Assembly (NCBI GenBank): GCA_963783305.1
Contig: CAWAMW010000002.1
Location: 288,001 to 352,000 of the forward strand
Reading direction: 5' to 3'
DNA from: an uncultured Gemmatimonadales bacterium
GTDB lineage: Bacteria; Gemmatimonadota; Gemmatimonadetes; Longimicrobiales; RSA9
DNA length: 64,000 nt
Shown here: positions 9,495 to 22,100 of the stretch, piece by piece
How the letters are laid out: every line of letters starts with the position of its first letter
How positions within the stretch are numbered: the first letter of the stretch is position 1
Notes under the pieces: model-generated
Database searches by the model: none
Seen by the model: the letters and a program-made list of their open reading frames with translations, nothing else
What the model was told of the DNA's origin: nothing
Translations under genes and position numbers: made by a program

Positions 9495-11381
9495 ATGAGT
9501 GAAGTACCAACCCACTATTCGAGGGCGCGCGCCCTCGGCGTCGCCGCCCTGGCGACCCTCGCACTCGCCGCCTGTGGCGAGATGCCCACGGAGACCACAC
9601 AGGTTCAGCCCGACACCCCGGCCGCGGCCAGTGTCGAGAATGCATTCGACGTCATCCAGACGCCGACGGCCGGTCCCATTGTGGCCGGCCAGGTCCTCGT
9701 GAAGTTCCGGGGTGGTCAGCCGCCCGCCCACGTCCAGGCCCGCCTGGGCGAGCGGCTCAGCCACCTCACACTCGGTGTAAAGATCCTGAAGGTCGCGCCG
9801 GGCCGGGAGCTCGACATGGTGGCCGAGCTGCGCGGGATGCCCTCGGTCGAGTACGCCGAGCCCGATTACGTGCTCTCGCTCAAGGCGGCACCGAACGACT
9901 CCTACTTCGGCTACAAGTGGGGGCTGCACAACGACGGCACCATCAACACGTCCACGGGCGACTTCGTGGCGAATACCGGCGCCGTGGACGCCGACATCGA
10001 CTGGCTCGAGGCGTACGAGTACCTCGCCGGCGCCTCCTTCCAGACGGTCAAGATCGCCATCCTGGACACCGGGATCCGGCAGGACCACGTGGACCTCGCC
10101 GCCAAGATCGTCGGCCAGTACGACTTCTTCGACAACGACCCGGACGCGGCCAATGACAACGGCCACGGAAGCCACACCGCCGGGATCGCCGCCGCCATCG
10201 GCAACAACGGCACGGGCGTGACCGGCGTCGCCTGGCACAACCAGGCCACGCTGCTCATCGGCAAGATCTGCGGCCAGATCCGCGGTGGACCCAACGGCTA
10301 CGGCTGCCCGTCCTCGGGTACCGCCAGCGCCATCACGTGGGCGGCCGACAACGGCGCCAGCGTCATCAACATGAGCATTGGCGGCTCGAGCGGCTCCTCC
10401 GCGCAGCAGGACGCGCTGGCCTACGCCCTCACGAAGGAGACGCTGGCCTTCTGCTCGTCGGGGAACGAAAACGGCGCTGTGTCGTATCCGGGCGCCTTCC
10501 CGGAGTGCGTGGCGGTGGGCGCCACGGACTGGTCGGACAACCGCGCCAGCTACTCGAACTACGGCCCGCAGGTGGAGCTGGCCGCGCCGGGCGGCGATGA
10601 CGAGGATGCGAACGGCTACAGCTACATCCTCTCCTCCTACTACGACAGCCCGACCAGCTACACGTTCATGGCGGGCACCTCCATGGCCGCGCCGATGGCC
10701 ACCGGCCTCGGCGGGCTCCTGGCCTCGCTCGGCGTCTCCACGGCCTCGGAGCTCCGGTCGATCATGACCAGCACCGCGGATGACCTCGGCCCCAACGGCC
10801 GCGACAATGAGTTCGGCTACGGCCGCATCAACGCCTTCGCTGCCGTCCAGGCCGTGAGCGGCGGTGGCGGCGGCCCCACGAACAGCGCGCCCACGGCGTC
10901 GTTCAGCTACAACTGCTCCGACCTGGCCTGCTCCTTCGATGGCAGCGGCTCGAGCGATCCGGACGGCGACGCCCTGACCTACGACTGGACCTTCGGGGAC
11001 GGAAGCTCGGCTTCCGGCGCCACGGCCAGCCACACGTACGCGGCCGGCGGCAGCTACACGACCACCCTGACCGTCAGCGATGGCAGCCTGAACGACAGCC
11101 AGTCGCAGAGCGTGACGGTGAGTGAGCCGTCCACCGGCGGGATCAACCTCTCCGCCAACGGCTACAAGGTGAAGGGCGTGCACACGATCGACCTGAGCTG
11201 GAACGGCGCGTCGTCCACGACCGTGGACGTGTACCTTGACGGCTCGGTCGTGGCCACCACGGCCAATGATGGCGCCTACACCGACAGCACGGGCAACAAG
11301 GGCGGCGGCGTCTCGTACACCTACCGGGTATGCGAGGCGGGCACGTCCACCTGCTCGAACCAGACGACGGTCGCCTTCTAG
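9495..11381 (+). CDS. S8 subtilisin-like serine protease lipoprotein with PKD domain
   Basis: AAGGAG RBS; lipobox LAAC; ILDTG, GHGSH, GTSMAAP triad; PKD-like Y.WTFGDG..HTY; additional C-terminal beta domain. Confidence 0.92.
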   Translation: MSEVPTHYSRARALGVAALATLALAACGEMPTETTQVQPDTPAAASVENAFDVIQTPTAGPIVAGQVLVKFRGGQPPAHVQARLGERLSHLTLGVKILKVAPGRELDMVAELRGMPSVEYAEPDYVLSLKAAPNDSYFGYKWGLHNDGTINTSTGDFVANTGAVDADIDWLEAYEYLAGASFQTVKIAILDTGIRQDHVDLAAKIVGQYDFFDNDPDAANDNGHGSHTAGIAAAIGNNGTGVTGVAWHNQATLLIGKICGQIRGGPNGYGCPSSGTASAITWAADNGASVINMSIGGSSGSSAQQDALAYALTKETLAFCSSGNENGAVSYPGAFPECVAVGATDWSDNRASYSNYGPQVELAAPGGDDEDANGYSYILSSYYDSPTSYTFMAGTSMAAPMATGLGGLLASLGVSTASELRSIMTSTADDLGPNGRDNEFGYGRINAFAAVQAVSGGGGGPTNSAPTASFSYNCSDLACSFDGSGSSDPDGDALTYDWTFGDGSSASGATASHTYAAGGSYTTTLTVSDGSLNDSQSQSVTVSEPSTGGINLSANGYKVKGVHTIDLSWNGASSTTVDVYLDGSVVATTANDGAYTDSTGNKGGGVSYTYRVCEAGTSTCSNQTTVAF

Positions 11382-11404
11382 GCACCGCCTCTGGCAGTAG
11401 AGTC

Positions 11405-11450
11405 GAGCGGCCCCGCTCCGGGATGGTTCCGGAGCGGGGCCGCTCTCTTT
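11405..11450 (+). terminator. Rho-independent terminator
   Basis: 17-bp stem GAGCGGCCCCGCTCCGG / CCGGAGCGGGGCCGCTC followed by TCTTT. Confidence 0.8.
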
Positions 11451-11483
11451 GCTCGCCACCCTGCCGTGCCTAGGTTGGGCGCC

Positions 11484-12311
11484 ATGAACTGGCTCTGGAT
11501 CCCCGACACCGGTCTCCCACGCGCGCTGGTCATCCTGGCCGTCGCGCTCCTCGTGCACCTGCTGCTCAGAGCGGCCCGCCACGGCATCGACCGCATCATC
11601 GGGCGACCGGGCGCGCAGCAGCCGCCCGGCCCCGGCCGCCACCCCAAGCTCGCGACCATCGTCGGCCTCCTGTTCAGCGCCGCCACATTCGTCCTCTGGT
11701 TCGTGGCCATCGGAATGGTCCTGGCCGCGTTCGCCATCGACCCCACCACCTACTTCGCCACGGCCACCGTCATCGGCCTCGCCGTCGGGTTCGGCTCCCA
11801 GGGACTCGTCCAGGACATCGTCATCGGCCTCACCCTCATCTTCACCGATGCCATGGACGTGGGCGACACCGTCGAGGTCTCCGGGCAGGTAGGACGGGTC
11901 GAGCGCGTGGGGCTCCGCTTCACCACCCTCACCAATTTCCTCGGTCAGACCGTGTTCATCCCGAACCGCAACATCGCCGTGGTCGGACGGTTCCGCCGCG
12001 GCGTGGTGCGGGCGTACATCGATGTGCAGGTTCCCGCCGGCATCGAAGCCGAGCCCCTCGCACGGCACCTCCTCGACATGGCCCGCGCGCTCCGCAGCCA
12101 GCACCCCGCGGCCGTGCTGAGCTCGCCCGAGCTCTTCGGGACCCGGGAGACGGAGCCGGAAGGCTGGCGCTACATCCGGATCAAGCTCCAGGTCTGGCCG
12201 GGGCAGCAGCCGCTCGTCGAGACCGTCTTCCGCCAGCGCCTGGTCGCGCATATGAAGACGCTGGATGAGAAGTACGCCGACTGGATGGTCCCGGTCACCT
12301 ACAGGGTCTGA
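11484..12311 (+). CDS. Small-conductance mechanosensitive channel (MscS family)
   Basis: GLAVGFGSQGLVQD, VGDTVEV..GRVERVGLRFT, IPN. Confidence 0.88.
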   Translation: MNWLWIPDTGLPRALVILAVALLVHLLLRAARHGIDRIIGRPGAQQPPGPGRHPKLATIVGLLFSAATFVLWFVAIGMVLAAFAIDPTTYFATATVIGLAVGFGSQGLVQDIVIGLTLIFTDAMDVGDTVEVSGQVGRVERVGLRFTTLTNFLGQTVFIPNRNIAVVGRFRRGVVRAYIDVQVPAGIEAEPLARHLLDMARALRSQHPAAVLSSPELFGTRETEPEGWRYIRIKLQVWPGQQPLVETVFRQRLVAHMKTLDEKYADWMVPVTYRV

Positions 12312-12345
12312 CTCCGTCGCCAGATCCCCCTCCCAGCCTCCCGCC

Positions 12346-14907
12346 TCAGTCGACCGCTACGCCCGCGTCCCTGGCCATTCCTCGGAACACGCTCAGCCAC
12401 CGCGCCGCCTTGGCGTTCCCGGCGTCCGCGCGGGCGCGCACCGTACCGGAATGATCACGCCGCAGGTCGTAAACGGCATTCTGCACCGTCCAGAGACTCA
12501 CCTTGAATGGCGCCTCCTCCGCGAGGCTGATGGCCTCCGCCAGGTGCTCCAGTACCGCCAGGTCGTCGGGCGACTCCACCAGCGAGGTGGCCATCTCCTC
12601 CAGCGCGCGCTGGTACGCGAAGCCGAGGCCCTCCGTGTCCAGCATGATCTCCCGACGCTCCGCGTCCTCGAGCAGCACCCGCACCCGGTCCAGGTCCATG
12701 CCAGGGTCCGAGACCTCCCGCACCAGTCCCGTGTTCAACACATACTCACCGGCCAGCGACAGCGCCGTCGGCATGGGGATCGACAGATCGTGGAGGAAGC
12801 GCATGAGCGGCGCGTTCCGTTCATAGATCTGGCGGTACTGATTCTCCGCATCGCGCAGCGTCGACTGGATGATCTGGTCGAGCACCTGCCGCCGCTGGTC
12901 CTGGAAGAGTGACCGCAGGTTGTACGTCGCATTCGGGAAATGTCGGTCGAGGGTCCGGATCGTGTCCGTGAAGTCGGCCGCCTCGAACGGCATGGTGACC
13001 TCCTCGCGCATGGCGTTGAAGGCCTGCTCGTCGTTGAACGAGCGGACGCCGGCGTGGATCGTGTGGTCGCCCAGGTGCACCACACCATAGCTCAGCACCT
13101 CCACTTCCTTCGTCACCCGGGAGGTCACCGTGATCAGGCCCGTCGCCAGCTGCGCTCGGCCCGCCTCCCGGATCTCCTGGTCCGCCACATCGATATCGTA
13201 ACAGTACTCTCGGGTCTGCTCCGCTGTCTCGTCGAATATGGATGAGATGGCGAAGTGCGCGCCCACCTCCAGCAGGTCCACCCGCGCGTCTCGCACGGTT
13301 CGGTCGTAGATGGCGCGACCGTCCCCCTGCGCCGGGATGTTGGACTGGGCGTCCGAAAGCGCCTCGAGAAACGGCCCCTCCAGCTCGGCCCCGAACAGCT
13401 CCTCCCCCAGCTGGATGGCGCGGCCGGCATAACGGAGCACCTGCACCGTCTCGATCCCCGACAGTTCGTCGAAGAACCAGCCGCAGCTGGTGTACATGAG
13501 CATGGCCTGGCGCTGGAGCTCCATGAGCTTCGTCAGCCGCACCCGCTCCGCCGCGTCCAGATCCCGCACTGCGTGCTCGTCCAGGAACCGCTCGATCACC
13601 TCCGGCTCGCGGTCCAGGATGATATCGATGTAATCATCCCGCGCCGCCCATGGGTCCTCGACGTACTCCAACGCCATCCGCTCGAAGCGCGGCGCCAGCT
13701 CGTCACGCAGGCCGTCCAGCGCGTTCCGCAGCGGGCCGCGCCACTCCTGCGTCCACTCAGGACGACCGCCCGTGTTGCACCCGCAGTTCGAACGCCACCG
13801 GTCCACCCCGTGCGCACAGCTCCACGACGTGTCCTCGATGATCTCCGCCTCCCACGCCGGCGGATGCCGCTCCAGGTACTCCCCGTAGTTCGTCAGACGG
13901 ATGTCCTTCCGGTCCTCGATCACCCGGAGCGCACGCGCCAGCGCCATGTCGCCGTGGCGATGATGGTGACCGTACGTCTCACCGTCGGTCGCGATGTGGC
14001 CGATCTGCGGCCAGTCCCTGGCGTCGCTGAACATGTCCGTCAACCGGTCGGCGAACTTGTCGCCGCTCCGCAGCAGGCCCTCGAACGCCACCGCCCGCGA
14101 GATCGGGCCGTCGTAGAAGAAGATCACCAGCTCCCGACCGCTCGGCAGCCGGCACAGGTATGGCCGCGTTGGATCCACCCGCCCACCGCTCACGTCCTTC
14201 CACTCGGCCGCCGCGCCGCCCTTCGCGCCGCCGTTCGGGTCGACCTCCTCGCCGCCGTTCGCGTCAGCCACCTCGCTTCTGCCCGCGCCGACCTCCTCGC
14301 CTCTACCGGTCCCGCCGCCACCGTTCTCGACCGCGCCCGGAAGGGGTCGAACCCGGGCCGCCTGGTTCGGCGCCAGGATCGTGAACTTGATACCCTGCTC
14401 CGCCAGCGCCTCCAGCGTCGGGATGTCCGCGGCGGTCTCCGCCACCCACATCCCCTCCGGAAAGCGACCGAAACGGTGCTCGAAGTCGCGAATCCCCCAG
14501 ATCACCTGGGTGCGCCGGTCCCGGCCGTTCGCCAGTGGCATGATCAGGTGGCCGTACGCCTGCGCTACCGCCGAGCCATGACCGCCGAATCGCTCGATGC
14601 TCCGCCGGTCCGCATCCAGCACCGCCTCGTACGTGTCCGGGGCGTGGTCCTCCATCCAGTGCAGCAGCGTCGGCCCGAAGTTGAAGCTGATCCGCTCGTA
14701 GTTGTTCGACAGCTCCCGGATCCGGCCCTGCCCATCCAGGATCCGCGACACCGCGTTCGGCCCATAGCTCTCCGCCGTCACCCGCTCGTTCCAGTCGTGG
14801 TACGGGTATGCCGAGTCCTGCCGCTCGATGGCCTCCAGCCACGGGTTCTCCCGCGGCGGCTGGTAGAAATGGCCGTGGATACAGAGATATCGAGGAGGTG
14901 TGGTCAT
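12346..14907 (-). CDS. GH57 glycoside hydrolase with DUF3536
   Basis: CIHGHFYQPPRENPW, SFNFGPTLL, ATDGETYGHH, SWSCAHG, MYTSCGWFFD. Confidence 0.88.
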   Translation of the reverse strand: MTTPPRYLCIHGHFYQPPRENPWLEAIERQDSAYPYHDWNERVTAESYGPNAVSRILDGQGRIRELSNNYERISFNFGPTLLHWMEDHAPDTYEAVLDADRRSIERFGGHGSAVAQAYGHLIMPLANGRDRRTQVIWGIRDFEHRFGRFPEGMWVAETAADIPTLEALAEQGIKFTILAPNQAARVRPLPGAVENGGGGTGRGEEVGAGRSEVADANGGEEVDPNGGAKGGAAAEWKDVSGGRVDPTRPYLCRLPSGRELVIFFYDGPISRAVAFEGLLRSGDKFADRLTDMFSDARDWPQIGHIATDGETYGHHHRHGDMALARALRVIEDRKDIRLTNYGEYLERHPPAWEAEIIEDTSWSCAHGVDRWRSNCGCNTGGRPEWTQEWRGPLRNALDGLRDELAPRFERMALEYVEDPWAARDDYIDIILDREPEVIERFLDEHAVRDLDAAERVRLTKLMELQRQAMLMYTSCGWFFDELSGIETVQVLRYAGRAIQLGEELFGAELEGPFLEALSDAQSNIPAQGDGRAIYDRTVRDARVDLLEVGAHFAISSIFDETAEQTREYCYDIDVADQEIREAGRAQLATGLITVTSRVTKEVEVLSYGVVHLGDHTIHAGVRSFNDEQAFNAMREEVTMPFEAADFTDTIRTLDRHFPNATYNLRSLFQDQRRQVLDQIIQSTLRDAENQYRQIYERNAPLMRFLHDLSIPMPTALSLAGEYVLNTGLVREVSDPGMDLDRVRVLLEDAERREIMLDTEGLGFAYQRALEEMATSLVESPDDLAVLEHLAEAISLAEEAPFKVSLWTVQNAVYDLRRDHSGTVRARADAGNAKAARWLSVFRGMARDAGVAVD

Positions 14908-14963
14908 CTATTTTGTGCGCCTGTTCGTGGACTGCCAGTGAGAGAGGGCATCCGCCCGGAAGG

Positions 14964-15122
14964 GCGAACGTTCGCGTTCGCTCGCTGTCGACCGCCTCGG
15001 GCCACGCCCGCGCTCGTCGATCTCCGCTGCGCTCCGTTATTACCGGCCCCGCCCCGCAGGTTCCCTCGACAGCCCGCGGCAGCGGGCTCGACCCGCTCGC
15101 AGCGCCAGGCCGATCGACCCCG
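14964..15122. repeat. Dispersed structured repeat, copy 1
   Basis: Shares an exact 22-mer GTCGATCTCCGCTGCGCTCCGT (15016-15037) and colinear flanking motifs with 53113-53325. Confidence 0.7.
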
Positions 15123-15139
15123 CCGGCCCTACGTCGGCC

Positions 15140-17020
15140 CTACGCCGGCGTCAGGACGACCGCCGAGAGCGGCGGGAGCCGGAGCAGCAGCGACTGCTCG
15201 TGCCCGTGCGCCTCTTCCTCGTCGGTCTGGACCGTGGTCTGCTCCGCCGCGTAGCCGCTCCCGCCAAACTTCTCGGCGTCGCTGTCCAGCCGGACCCGCC
15301 ACTCGCCCGCCAGCGGTACGCCCACCCGATACTCGTCATGGGGCTCCGGCGTAAAATTGTAAACGCAGAGCGCCACGTCCTCGCGCCCCTCACCTCGGCG
15401 CAGGAAGGCCAGAACACTGTTCTGCCGGTCGTCGCCGATCACCCACTCGAACCCCTCCGGCATGATGTCCTTCACGTGGAGCGCGGGGATCTCCCGGTAG
15501 GCGGAGTTGGCCGCCGCAGTGAATCGCCGCAGCCCCTTGTGGCCGGCGTCCTCCAGGAGCGACCAGTCGAGCTCGCCCTCGTGCGCCCACTCCGTAGTCT
15601 GGCCGAACTCGCCACCCATGAACACCAGCTTCTTCCCCGGCTGGCCGTACATGTAGCCGAGCAGAAGCCGCAGGTTGGCCCGCTTCCGCCAGTCGTCACC
15701 GGGCATCTTCCCCAGCAGCGACCCCTTCCCGTACACCACCTCGTCGTGACTCAGCGGCATCGTGTAGTTCTCCGTGAACATGTACACGCCGCGGAACGTG
15801 ATCTCGTCGTGGTGGTGCGTACGGTGAACGGGATCGCGCTGCATGTACTGCAGCGTGTCGTGCATCCAGCCCATGTCCCACTTGAACCCGAAGCCGAGCC
15901 CCCCGATGCTCGTGGGGCGGCTCACCATCGGCCACGCAGTAGACTCCTCCGCGTACGTCTGCGTATCCGGGAACCCTTCGTAGATCGCCTCGTTCATCCG
16001 GCGCAGGAAATGGATCGCCTCCAGGTTCTCCCGGCCGCCGTGCTCGTTCGGGATCCACTCGCCCGCCTCCCGCGAGTAGTCGAGGTACAGCATGGACGCC
16101 ACGGCATCCACGCGCAGTCCGTCGATGTGGTACTGGTCCAGCCAGAACAGCGCGCTGCTGATCAGGAAGCTCTGCACCTCGTTGCGGCCGTAATTGAAGA
16201 TCGCCGACTTCCAGTCCGGGTGGTAACCCTTGCGGGGATCGGCGTGCTCGTACAGGTGCGTCCCGTCGAAGTAGGCCAGGCCGTGCTCGTCGTTCGGGAA
16301 ATGGCTCGGCACCCAGTCCAGGATGACGCCGATCCCCGCCTGGTGCAGCTGGTCCACCAGGTACATGAAGTCCTGCGGCGTGCCGAACCGGCTGGTGGGC
16401 GCGAAATACCCCGTCGTCTGGTACCCCCACGAGCCGTAGAACGGGTGCTCCATCACGGGGAGGAACTCCACGTGCGTGAACCCCGCATCCACCAGGTACT
16501 CCGCCAGCATCGGGGCCAGCTCGCGGTAGCTGTGGAACTCCCGCCCCGGCGGCCGCATCCACGAGCCCAGGTGGCACTCGTAGATCGAGATGGGGGCGTT
16601 CAGCGCGTTCCGCTCCGCGCGCTCCGCCATCCAGTCCTCATCTCCCCACTCGTACTCCAGGTCCCAGATCACCGATCCGGTCCTCGGCGGGGTCTCGTGG
16701 TAGAACCCCACCGGATCCGCCTTGTCCACCCGGTGATGCGTTTCGGCGTTGTAGATGAAGTACTTGTACTTCTGCCCCTTCTCCGCGCCCTCCACCGTGC
16801 CCGCCCATATGCCCGAGCTGCCCTGGGGCTCGAGGGGGTTGGCCTCCCGGTCCCACTCATTGAACTCCCCGATCACGCTCACCGTCCTGGCCGATGGCGC
16901 CCACACCGCGAACCGGGTACCCCCGTCCACGGGATGCGCACCCAGCTTCTGGTAGAGGGCCCTGTGGTTTCCCTCGTTGAACAGATGGCGATCGTATTCC
17001 GTAAGCGACGACTCGGTCAT
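15140..17020 (-). CDS. glgB: 1,4-alpha-glucan branching enzyme
   Basis: [43 protein letters not shown]. Confidence 0.96.
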   Translation of the reverse strand: MTESSLTEYDRHLFNEGNHRALYQKLGAHPVDGGTRFAVWAPSARTVSVIGEFNEWDREANPLEPQGSSGIWAGTVEGAEKGQKYKYFIYNAETHHRVDKADPVGFYHETPPRTGSVIWDLEYEWGDEDWMAERAERNALNAPISIYECHLGSWMRPPGREFHSYRELAPMLAEYLVDAGFTHVEFLPVMEHPFYGSWGYQTTGYFAPTSRFGTPQDFMYLVDQLHQAGIGVILDWVPSHFPNDEHGLAYFDGTHLYEHADPRKGYHPDWKSAIFNYGRNEVQSFLISSALFWLDQYHIDGLRVDAVASMLYLDYSREAGEWIPNEHGGRENLEAIHFLRRMNEAIYEGFPDTQTYAEESTAWPMVSRPTSIGGLGFGFKWDMGWMHDTLQYMQRDPVHRTHHHDEITFRGVYMFTENYTMPLSHDEVVYGKGSLLGKMPGDDWRKRANLRLLLGYMYGQPGKKLVFMGGEFGQTTEWAHEGELDWSLLEDAGHKGLRRFTAAANSAYREIPALHVKDIMPEGFEWVIGDDRQNSVLAFLRRGEGREDVALCVYNFTPEPHDEYRVGVPLAGEWRVRLDSDAEKFGGSGYAAEQTTVQTDEEEAHGHEQSLLLRLPPLSAVVLTPA

Positions 17021-19188
17021 GACCTACCTTCTCTCGTTTCGTTCAGTGCTCGCAGCAGCTCCGCCACCGTCTCGTCCGACATTGCTTCCAGCGGACGACT
17101 CGATCGACGACGCCAGTTCCGCTCCCCTGTCGTGCCGGGCACGTTCTGCGGGTCCCGCTCCAGCCAGAGATCCTCCAGTGTCGCAAGGACCAATCCGGCC
17201 TTCGACTTCCCCAGCCGCCGCAGCAGCGCCTTCTGCACCCTCATCGCCTCGCGCTCGTCTTCGTCCGCGCTCGCATCACGGTCGGATCCGACGCGCAGAC
17301 CACGCCCCAGCTTCTCCCGCATCTGACCGCGACCCCGGAGCTCCGCGTCCGTCGCTTCATCCGACAGCTGACCCAGCTCCCGCCGGATCCGCAGGTCCTC
17401 GCCCCACCACCAGCCCGCGAACGTCGGCGTGTCGTGGGTCCCGATCGACGCCAGCGCGCCGTCCGGCACCTTCCTGGGTACCAGTGCCGGCTCGCTGGCG
17501 ATTCGATGATCGTCGTCGGAAGCTCGACGATCGATGTCCGATGTTCCACCGTCGTCCGCTTCCGTCAGCTCGAACTCGACGACATACATCCCCGGCAGAC
17601 CATGCCGGCGCATGGCTCGCCGCGTCTCTCGCGGAACCGTGCCCAGGTCCTCGCCCACCACCACCGCCCGGGACCGGTGCGACTCCAGACAGAGGACCGC
17701 GTAGAGCTCCTCCGCCGGGTAGCGCACGTACACGCCATCCCTGGCGTCGCCCGCCGGGATCCAGAACATGCGGTGGAGCTGCATGACGTGGTCGATCCGG
17801 AGCACGCCCGCGAAACGCAGGTGCTTGCGAATGGACGCGATGAAGTACCGGTGCCCCTGCAGCCGGCTGACCTCGGGGTGCAGCGGCGGGAACCCCCAGT
17901 CCTGTCCGCCCGCCGCCAGGGCGTCGGGCGGGGCGCCGGCCGAAGCCCCCGTGGCGAAGAGCGACCGCTCGCGCCACACATCGTACCCGCGGGAGTGGAC
18001 GCCCATGGGCAGGTCCAGATACAGCGACACGCCCCGATCGGCGCCGCGCTCCGCCACCTCCGCCAGCTGCCGCTCGGCCCGGTACTGCACGTACAGGTGG
18101 TAGCGGGCGACCGCCTCGTCGTAGTCGCCGGGCCGCACGTCCCGCGCCCGCAGCCGGGTCGGCCACCGGTCCCACGAGCCCCGCGCTTCCGTCAGCGCCC
18201 GGAACCGGGCGTAGTCGTCGGCCAACGGGTTGCGCGCCCGGAACGACGTCAGCTCCGGCGGCGAGTCGCTCGCCTCGAAGAAGCGGCGCGCCTCCGCCTC
18301 CAGCGCCGGCCGCCGCTCCGCCATCGCGGCCCGCGGATCCAGGAAGCGGCCGGCTTCCGCCGCGCGACCACCGTTCCCCTCCGGCGCCACATACAGCTCG
18401 TTCCAGAAGAGCCGGCTCACAGGCGCGTACGGGCTGGGCTCGTACGGATCATCCAGGAAAGCGGCCAGCAGTGGCAGCGTGCCAACCACGGATGCGCCCG
18501 CCTCCGCGGCGCGATCGGCGAACCGGCCCAGCGTTGGGTAGCCCGGCGCGCCGCCCGGCGCCGGGGCCGTCCCGCGCTCGTGCAGCGCGTAGAGCGGCGC
18601 GAACACGCCCCAGCGGCCGGCGCCGTCCCGACCAGGCAGCGCGGCCCACCCCACCGCCCGGTCGGGCGCGGCAATGAGCACTGCCTCGTAGCGCCGCCGC
18701 GCCCGACCCGTCCCGACCTCCACCACCAGATCGTGGTAGCCCGCAGGTACGCTCGGGAGCGGCAGCGCCCGTTCGACGTACTCCGTTCCCGCCACGTCCT
18801 CCGCGCGGAGCCGTTCCAGCGCCGCCCCCTCCAGTGAAGACTCCCGCTCCCCTCCATCCTCCAGCCGGACGGTGACCCGCACGGGCCGATCGACGAGGCC
18901 GGCGGATGTGCGGATGCGGGTGGAGCCCGGCGCCGAGGCCCCCAGCCCACCATCTGCGGGCGTCCACACCACCACGACGGGGTCCAGCGCGCGCTCCCAG
19001 AGCGTGCGGCAGCGGTGCGCCAGCCGATCCGGGATGGCCGCGGCGTCGGGCAGCTCCACGCCGAGCCCGCGGAGTGCCGCAATGAGGGCGTCTGGAGAGG
19101 CCTCGACGCGACGATCGTCGTTGTCGCTGTAGGCGGTCTGAACGCCGTGCAGTCGGGCCAGACCGTGGAGTCCGCGAGGAGCCGTCAT
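17017..19188 (-). CDS. malQ: 4-alpha-glucanotransferase (GH77)
   Basis: [53 protein letters not shown] overlaps at both ends. Confidence 0.92.
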   Translation of the reverse strand: MTAPRGLHGLARLHGVQTAYSDNDDRRVEASPDALIAALRGLGVELPDAAAIPDRLAHRCRTLWERALDPVVVVWTPADGGLGASAPGSTRIRTSAGLVDRPVRVTVRLEDGGERESSLEGAALERLRAEDVAGTEYVERALPLPSVPAGYHDLVVEVGTGRARRRYEAVLIAAPDRAVGWAALPGRDGAGRWGVFAPLYALHERGTAPAPGGAPGYPTLGRFADRAAEAGASVVGTLPLLAAFLDDPYEPSPYAPVSRLFWNELYVAPEGNGGRAAEAGRFLDPRAAMAERRPALEAEARRFFEASDSPPELTSFRARNPLADDYARFRALTEARGSWDRWPTRLRARDVRPGDYDEAVARYHLYVQYRAERQLAEVAERGADRGVSLYLDLPMGVHSRGYDVWRERSLFATGASAGAPPDALAAGGQDWGFPPLHPEVSRLQGHRYFIASIRKHLRFAGVLRIDHVMQLHRMFWIPAGDARDGVYVRYPAEELYAVLCLESHRSRAVVVGEDLGTVPRETRRAMRRHGLPGMYVVEFELTEADDGGTSDIDRRASDDDHRIASEPALVPRKVPDGALASIGTHDTPTFAGWWWGEDLRIRRELGQLSDEATDAELRGRGQMREKLGRGLRVGSDRDASADEDEREAMRVQKALLRRLGKSKAGLVLATLEDLWLERDPQNVPGTTGERNWRRRSSRPLEAMSDETVAELLRALNETREGRS

Positions 19189-22100
19189 CCGGCTCCATCG
19201 TCCATGAGCTGCCGGATGCCCAGCAGGGGTACCGCCAGCCAGTCCGGGCGGTTGTTCAGCTCGTAGCCGAGCTCGTAGACCGCCTTCTCCAGGAGGTGCG
19301 CGTCCAGCAGGATCCGCAGCTGCGACTCCTCCGCGGGCAGGAACGATCGGCCGGGCGCTCCCTCGGCCCTTGCCTCCTCGAGGTACCCACGCAGGAAGGC
19401 CGCGCTGGCCCACGCCGTCCAGAACCGGGCCCACCGGTCCAGGTTCTCCATGTCCCGCGTCCGCGCCAGTCCCCGCAGCTCCTCATCTCCCAGCGCTGTG
19501 TACGCCGCGTAGTGGAACGACCGCAGCATGCCCGCCACGTCCGAGAGGGGGGACTTCTTCAACCGGCGCTCCGTGAGCGGCCGCGCGGGCTCGCCCTCGA
19601 AGTCGATGATGATGAAGTCGCGGCCCGTGAACAGGACCTGCCCCAGGTGGTAGTCGCCGTGGGTCCGGATCCGGCTGGCGTCCATCTTCTCACCCACTAC
19701 CGCCCGCATCCGGTCCATGATCTCGTTCTTCCGCTCCACCAGACGCGCCGCCTCGTCCCGCGACTCCTCCGGCAGCGCGCTGATCCCCCGCGAGAGCGCC
19801 TGGAAGATGCGTCCACTCAGGTTCCGCATGGACTGGTAGAGCGACCGCTGGTAGAGCTCGCTGAACGCCTGCGGCGCGAAACCCTCCCGCTCCGCGCTGT
19901 CCGCCAGCGCCCGGTGCATCTGCGCCGTCCGCTCCCCGATCAGCCGCGCCGAGTCCATGTACGCGCCCATCAGGTCTCCGGCCAGCTCCGGCGGCTCCTC
20001 GGCCGCACGGTCCACCATGGAATGGACGTCCAGCGGCAGCGGCGCCTCATCGAGCTCCGGCTGCTCCGTGATCACGCGCTCGTAAAACCCGCCCAGCGAG
20101 TCCAGGGTGTACGCCCACGCGTCGCCCTCGTTGGGGACGAACCGCTTCATCACGCCGATCGTATACGACGCGCCGTCCTCGGCGCGATAGCTCAGCTCCC
20201 CCGTCACCGCCGGCGTGTGCTCGAACCCCTTCCGGCCGAGCTGGTGTGCGATCTCCACATCCGGGTTCACGCCGCTGTCCAGCTTCCGGAACAGCTTGAA
20301 GAAGAGCTCGTTCCCGTACAGGATGGACGTGTTGCTCTGCTCCACCCGCACCAGCTGCGGCTTCAACGACTCCGGCTCCGATCTGCGTCGGTCCCGGAAC
20401 TCCTTCACCAGCCCGCCCCGGACCTCGCCCGCACTGCCATGCAGCTTCTTCCGCGTGGCCATGACCGACAGGATGTCCCGGGCGAATGACGGCTCTACGG
20501 TCGCGTCGTAGATGACGCCGGAATCCGACTCGTCGGACGCCCCCGTCCGCGCCACCACCGCGTGGGGCTGACTCTTCATCAGCTGCTCCGCACGCTCCCC
20601 CACCGCGTGGGCCAGCGGCAGTACGTACGTCTCCGGGTCACCGTCCACGTAGCTCACCCGCACCAGCGTCACCCGCGACTCCACTTCGCCGCCGCTCGAC
20701 CGCAGGACCTCCACAATCCGCGCGTGACGGATCTTCCGCGCCTTCCCGCCAAACCAGCGGCGCGGACGCATGTAGTCGGGGAGGATCCCCTCCACCGCAG
20801 ACCGGTCCTCGTCGTCCAGCAGCGACGTCCAGTCGCCGCCGGTATGGACCAGCACCGGCCACTTCGGACGCTTCCCCATCTCCAGCGCCGGCCGGTCTCC
20901 GCTCCGCTCCGGAGTCAGCTGGAACCAGTAGAACGTGTGCGGGCCCATGGTGAGGAAGTACGGGAGCTCGCCGATCCGCGGGAACTCCGTATGGCCGAAC
21001 AGCTCCACTGGCACGCGACCCTCGTGCTCGGAGAGGTCGAGCTCTACCGCCTGCGTGAACCGCGACAGGTTCGCCACGACCATGATATGCTCATCCTCGT
21101 GCTCCCGAACGAACACCAGCACCTTCCGGTTGTCCGGCTGCAGGAAGCGGATGCTGCCGCGACTGAACGCCTTGAACCGCTTCCGCAGCGCCAGCAGCCG
21201 CCGCATCCACCAGAGCAGTGAGCTCGGGTTCGCCTGCTGCGCCTCCACGTTCACGGCCTCGAAGTGGTATTCGGGGTCCGTGATCACCGGCAGGTAGAGC
21301 TTCTGCGGGTTCGCCCGGCTGAACCCCGCGTTCCGGTCCCCGCTCCACTGCATGGGCGTGCGTACGCCGTCCCGGTCGCCCAGGTACACGTTGTCGCCCA
21401 TCCCGATCTCGTCCCCGTAGTACAACACCGGTGTGCCCGGCAGCGACATGAGGAGCCCGTTCAGCAGCTCGATCTTCCGGCGGTTGTTCTGGAGCAGCGG
21501 CGCCAGTCGCCGCCGGATGCCGAGGTTGATCCGCATCTGCGGGTCGTGGGCGTACGCCCGGACCATGTAATCGCGCTCCTCGTCGGTCACCATCTCGAGC
21601 GTCAGCTCGTCGTGGTTCCGGAGGAAGATGGCCCACTGGGTGTTCTCCGGAATCGCCGGCGTCTGCTCCAGGATGTCCAGGATCGGGAAGCGGTCCTCCA
21701 TCTGCACCGACATGAACAGCCGCGGCATGATGGGGAAGTGGAAGTTCATGTGGCACTCGTCCCCATCGCCCATGTACTCCACCGCGTCCTCCGGCCACTG
21801 GTTGGCTTCCGCCAGCAGCATGCGGTTCGCGTACCGCTCGTCGATGTGCGACCGCAGCTGCTTCAGGAATCCATGGCTCTCCGGCAGGTTCTCACAATTC
21901 GTCCCTTCCCGCTCGTACAGGTACGGGATCGCGTCCAGGCGCATCCCGTCCACCCCCATCTTCCACCAGAAGTCCATGGCCTTCAATACGGCCTTCCGCA
22001 CCGGCTCATGGTCGAAGTTCAGGTCCGGCTGCTTGTGGTAGAACCGGTGCCAGAAGTACTGCTGCGCCACGGGATCCCACGTCCAGTTGCTCGCCTCGAA

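Noticed and set aside
3132..12251. Very long antisense ORFs (3132-6608, 6211-8565, 9408-12251; also 13255-15354, 15200-17326, 23018-24979, 49364-51679, 52763-54829)
   Set aside because: They are shadow frames opposite recognisable genes. This is expected in high-GC DNA, and they show no recognisable motifs.
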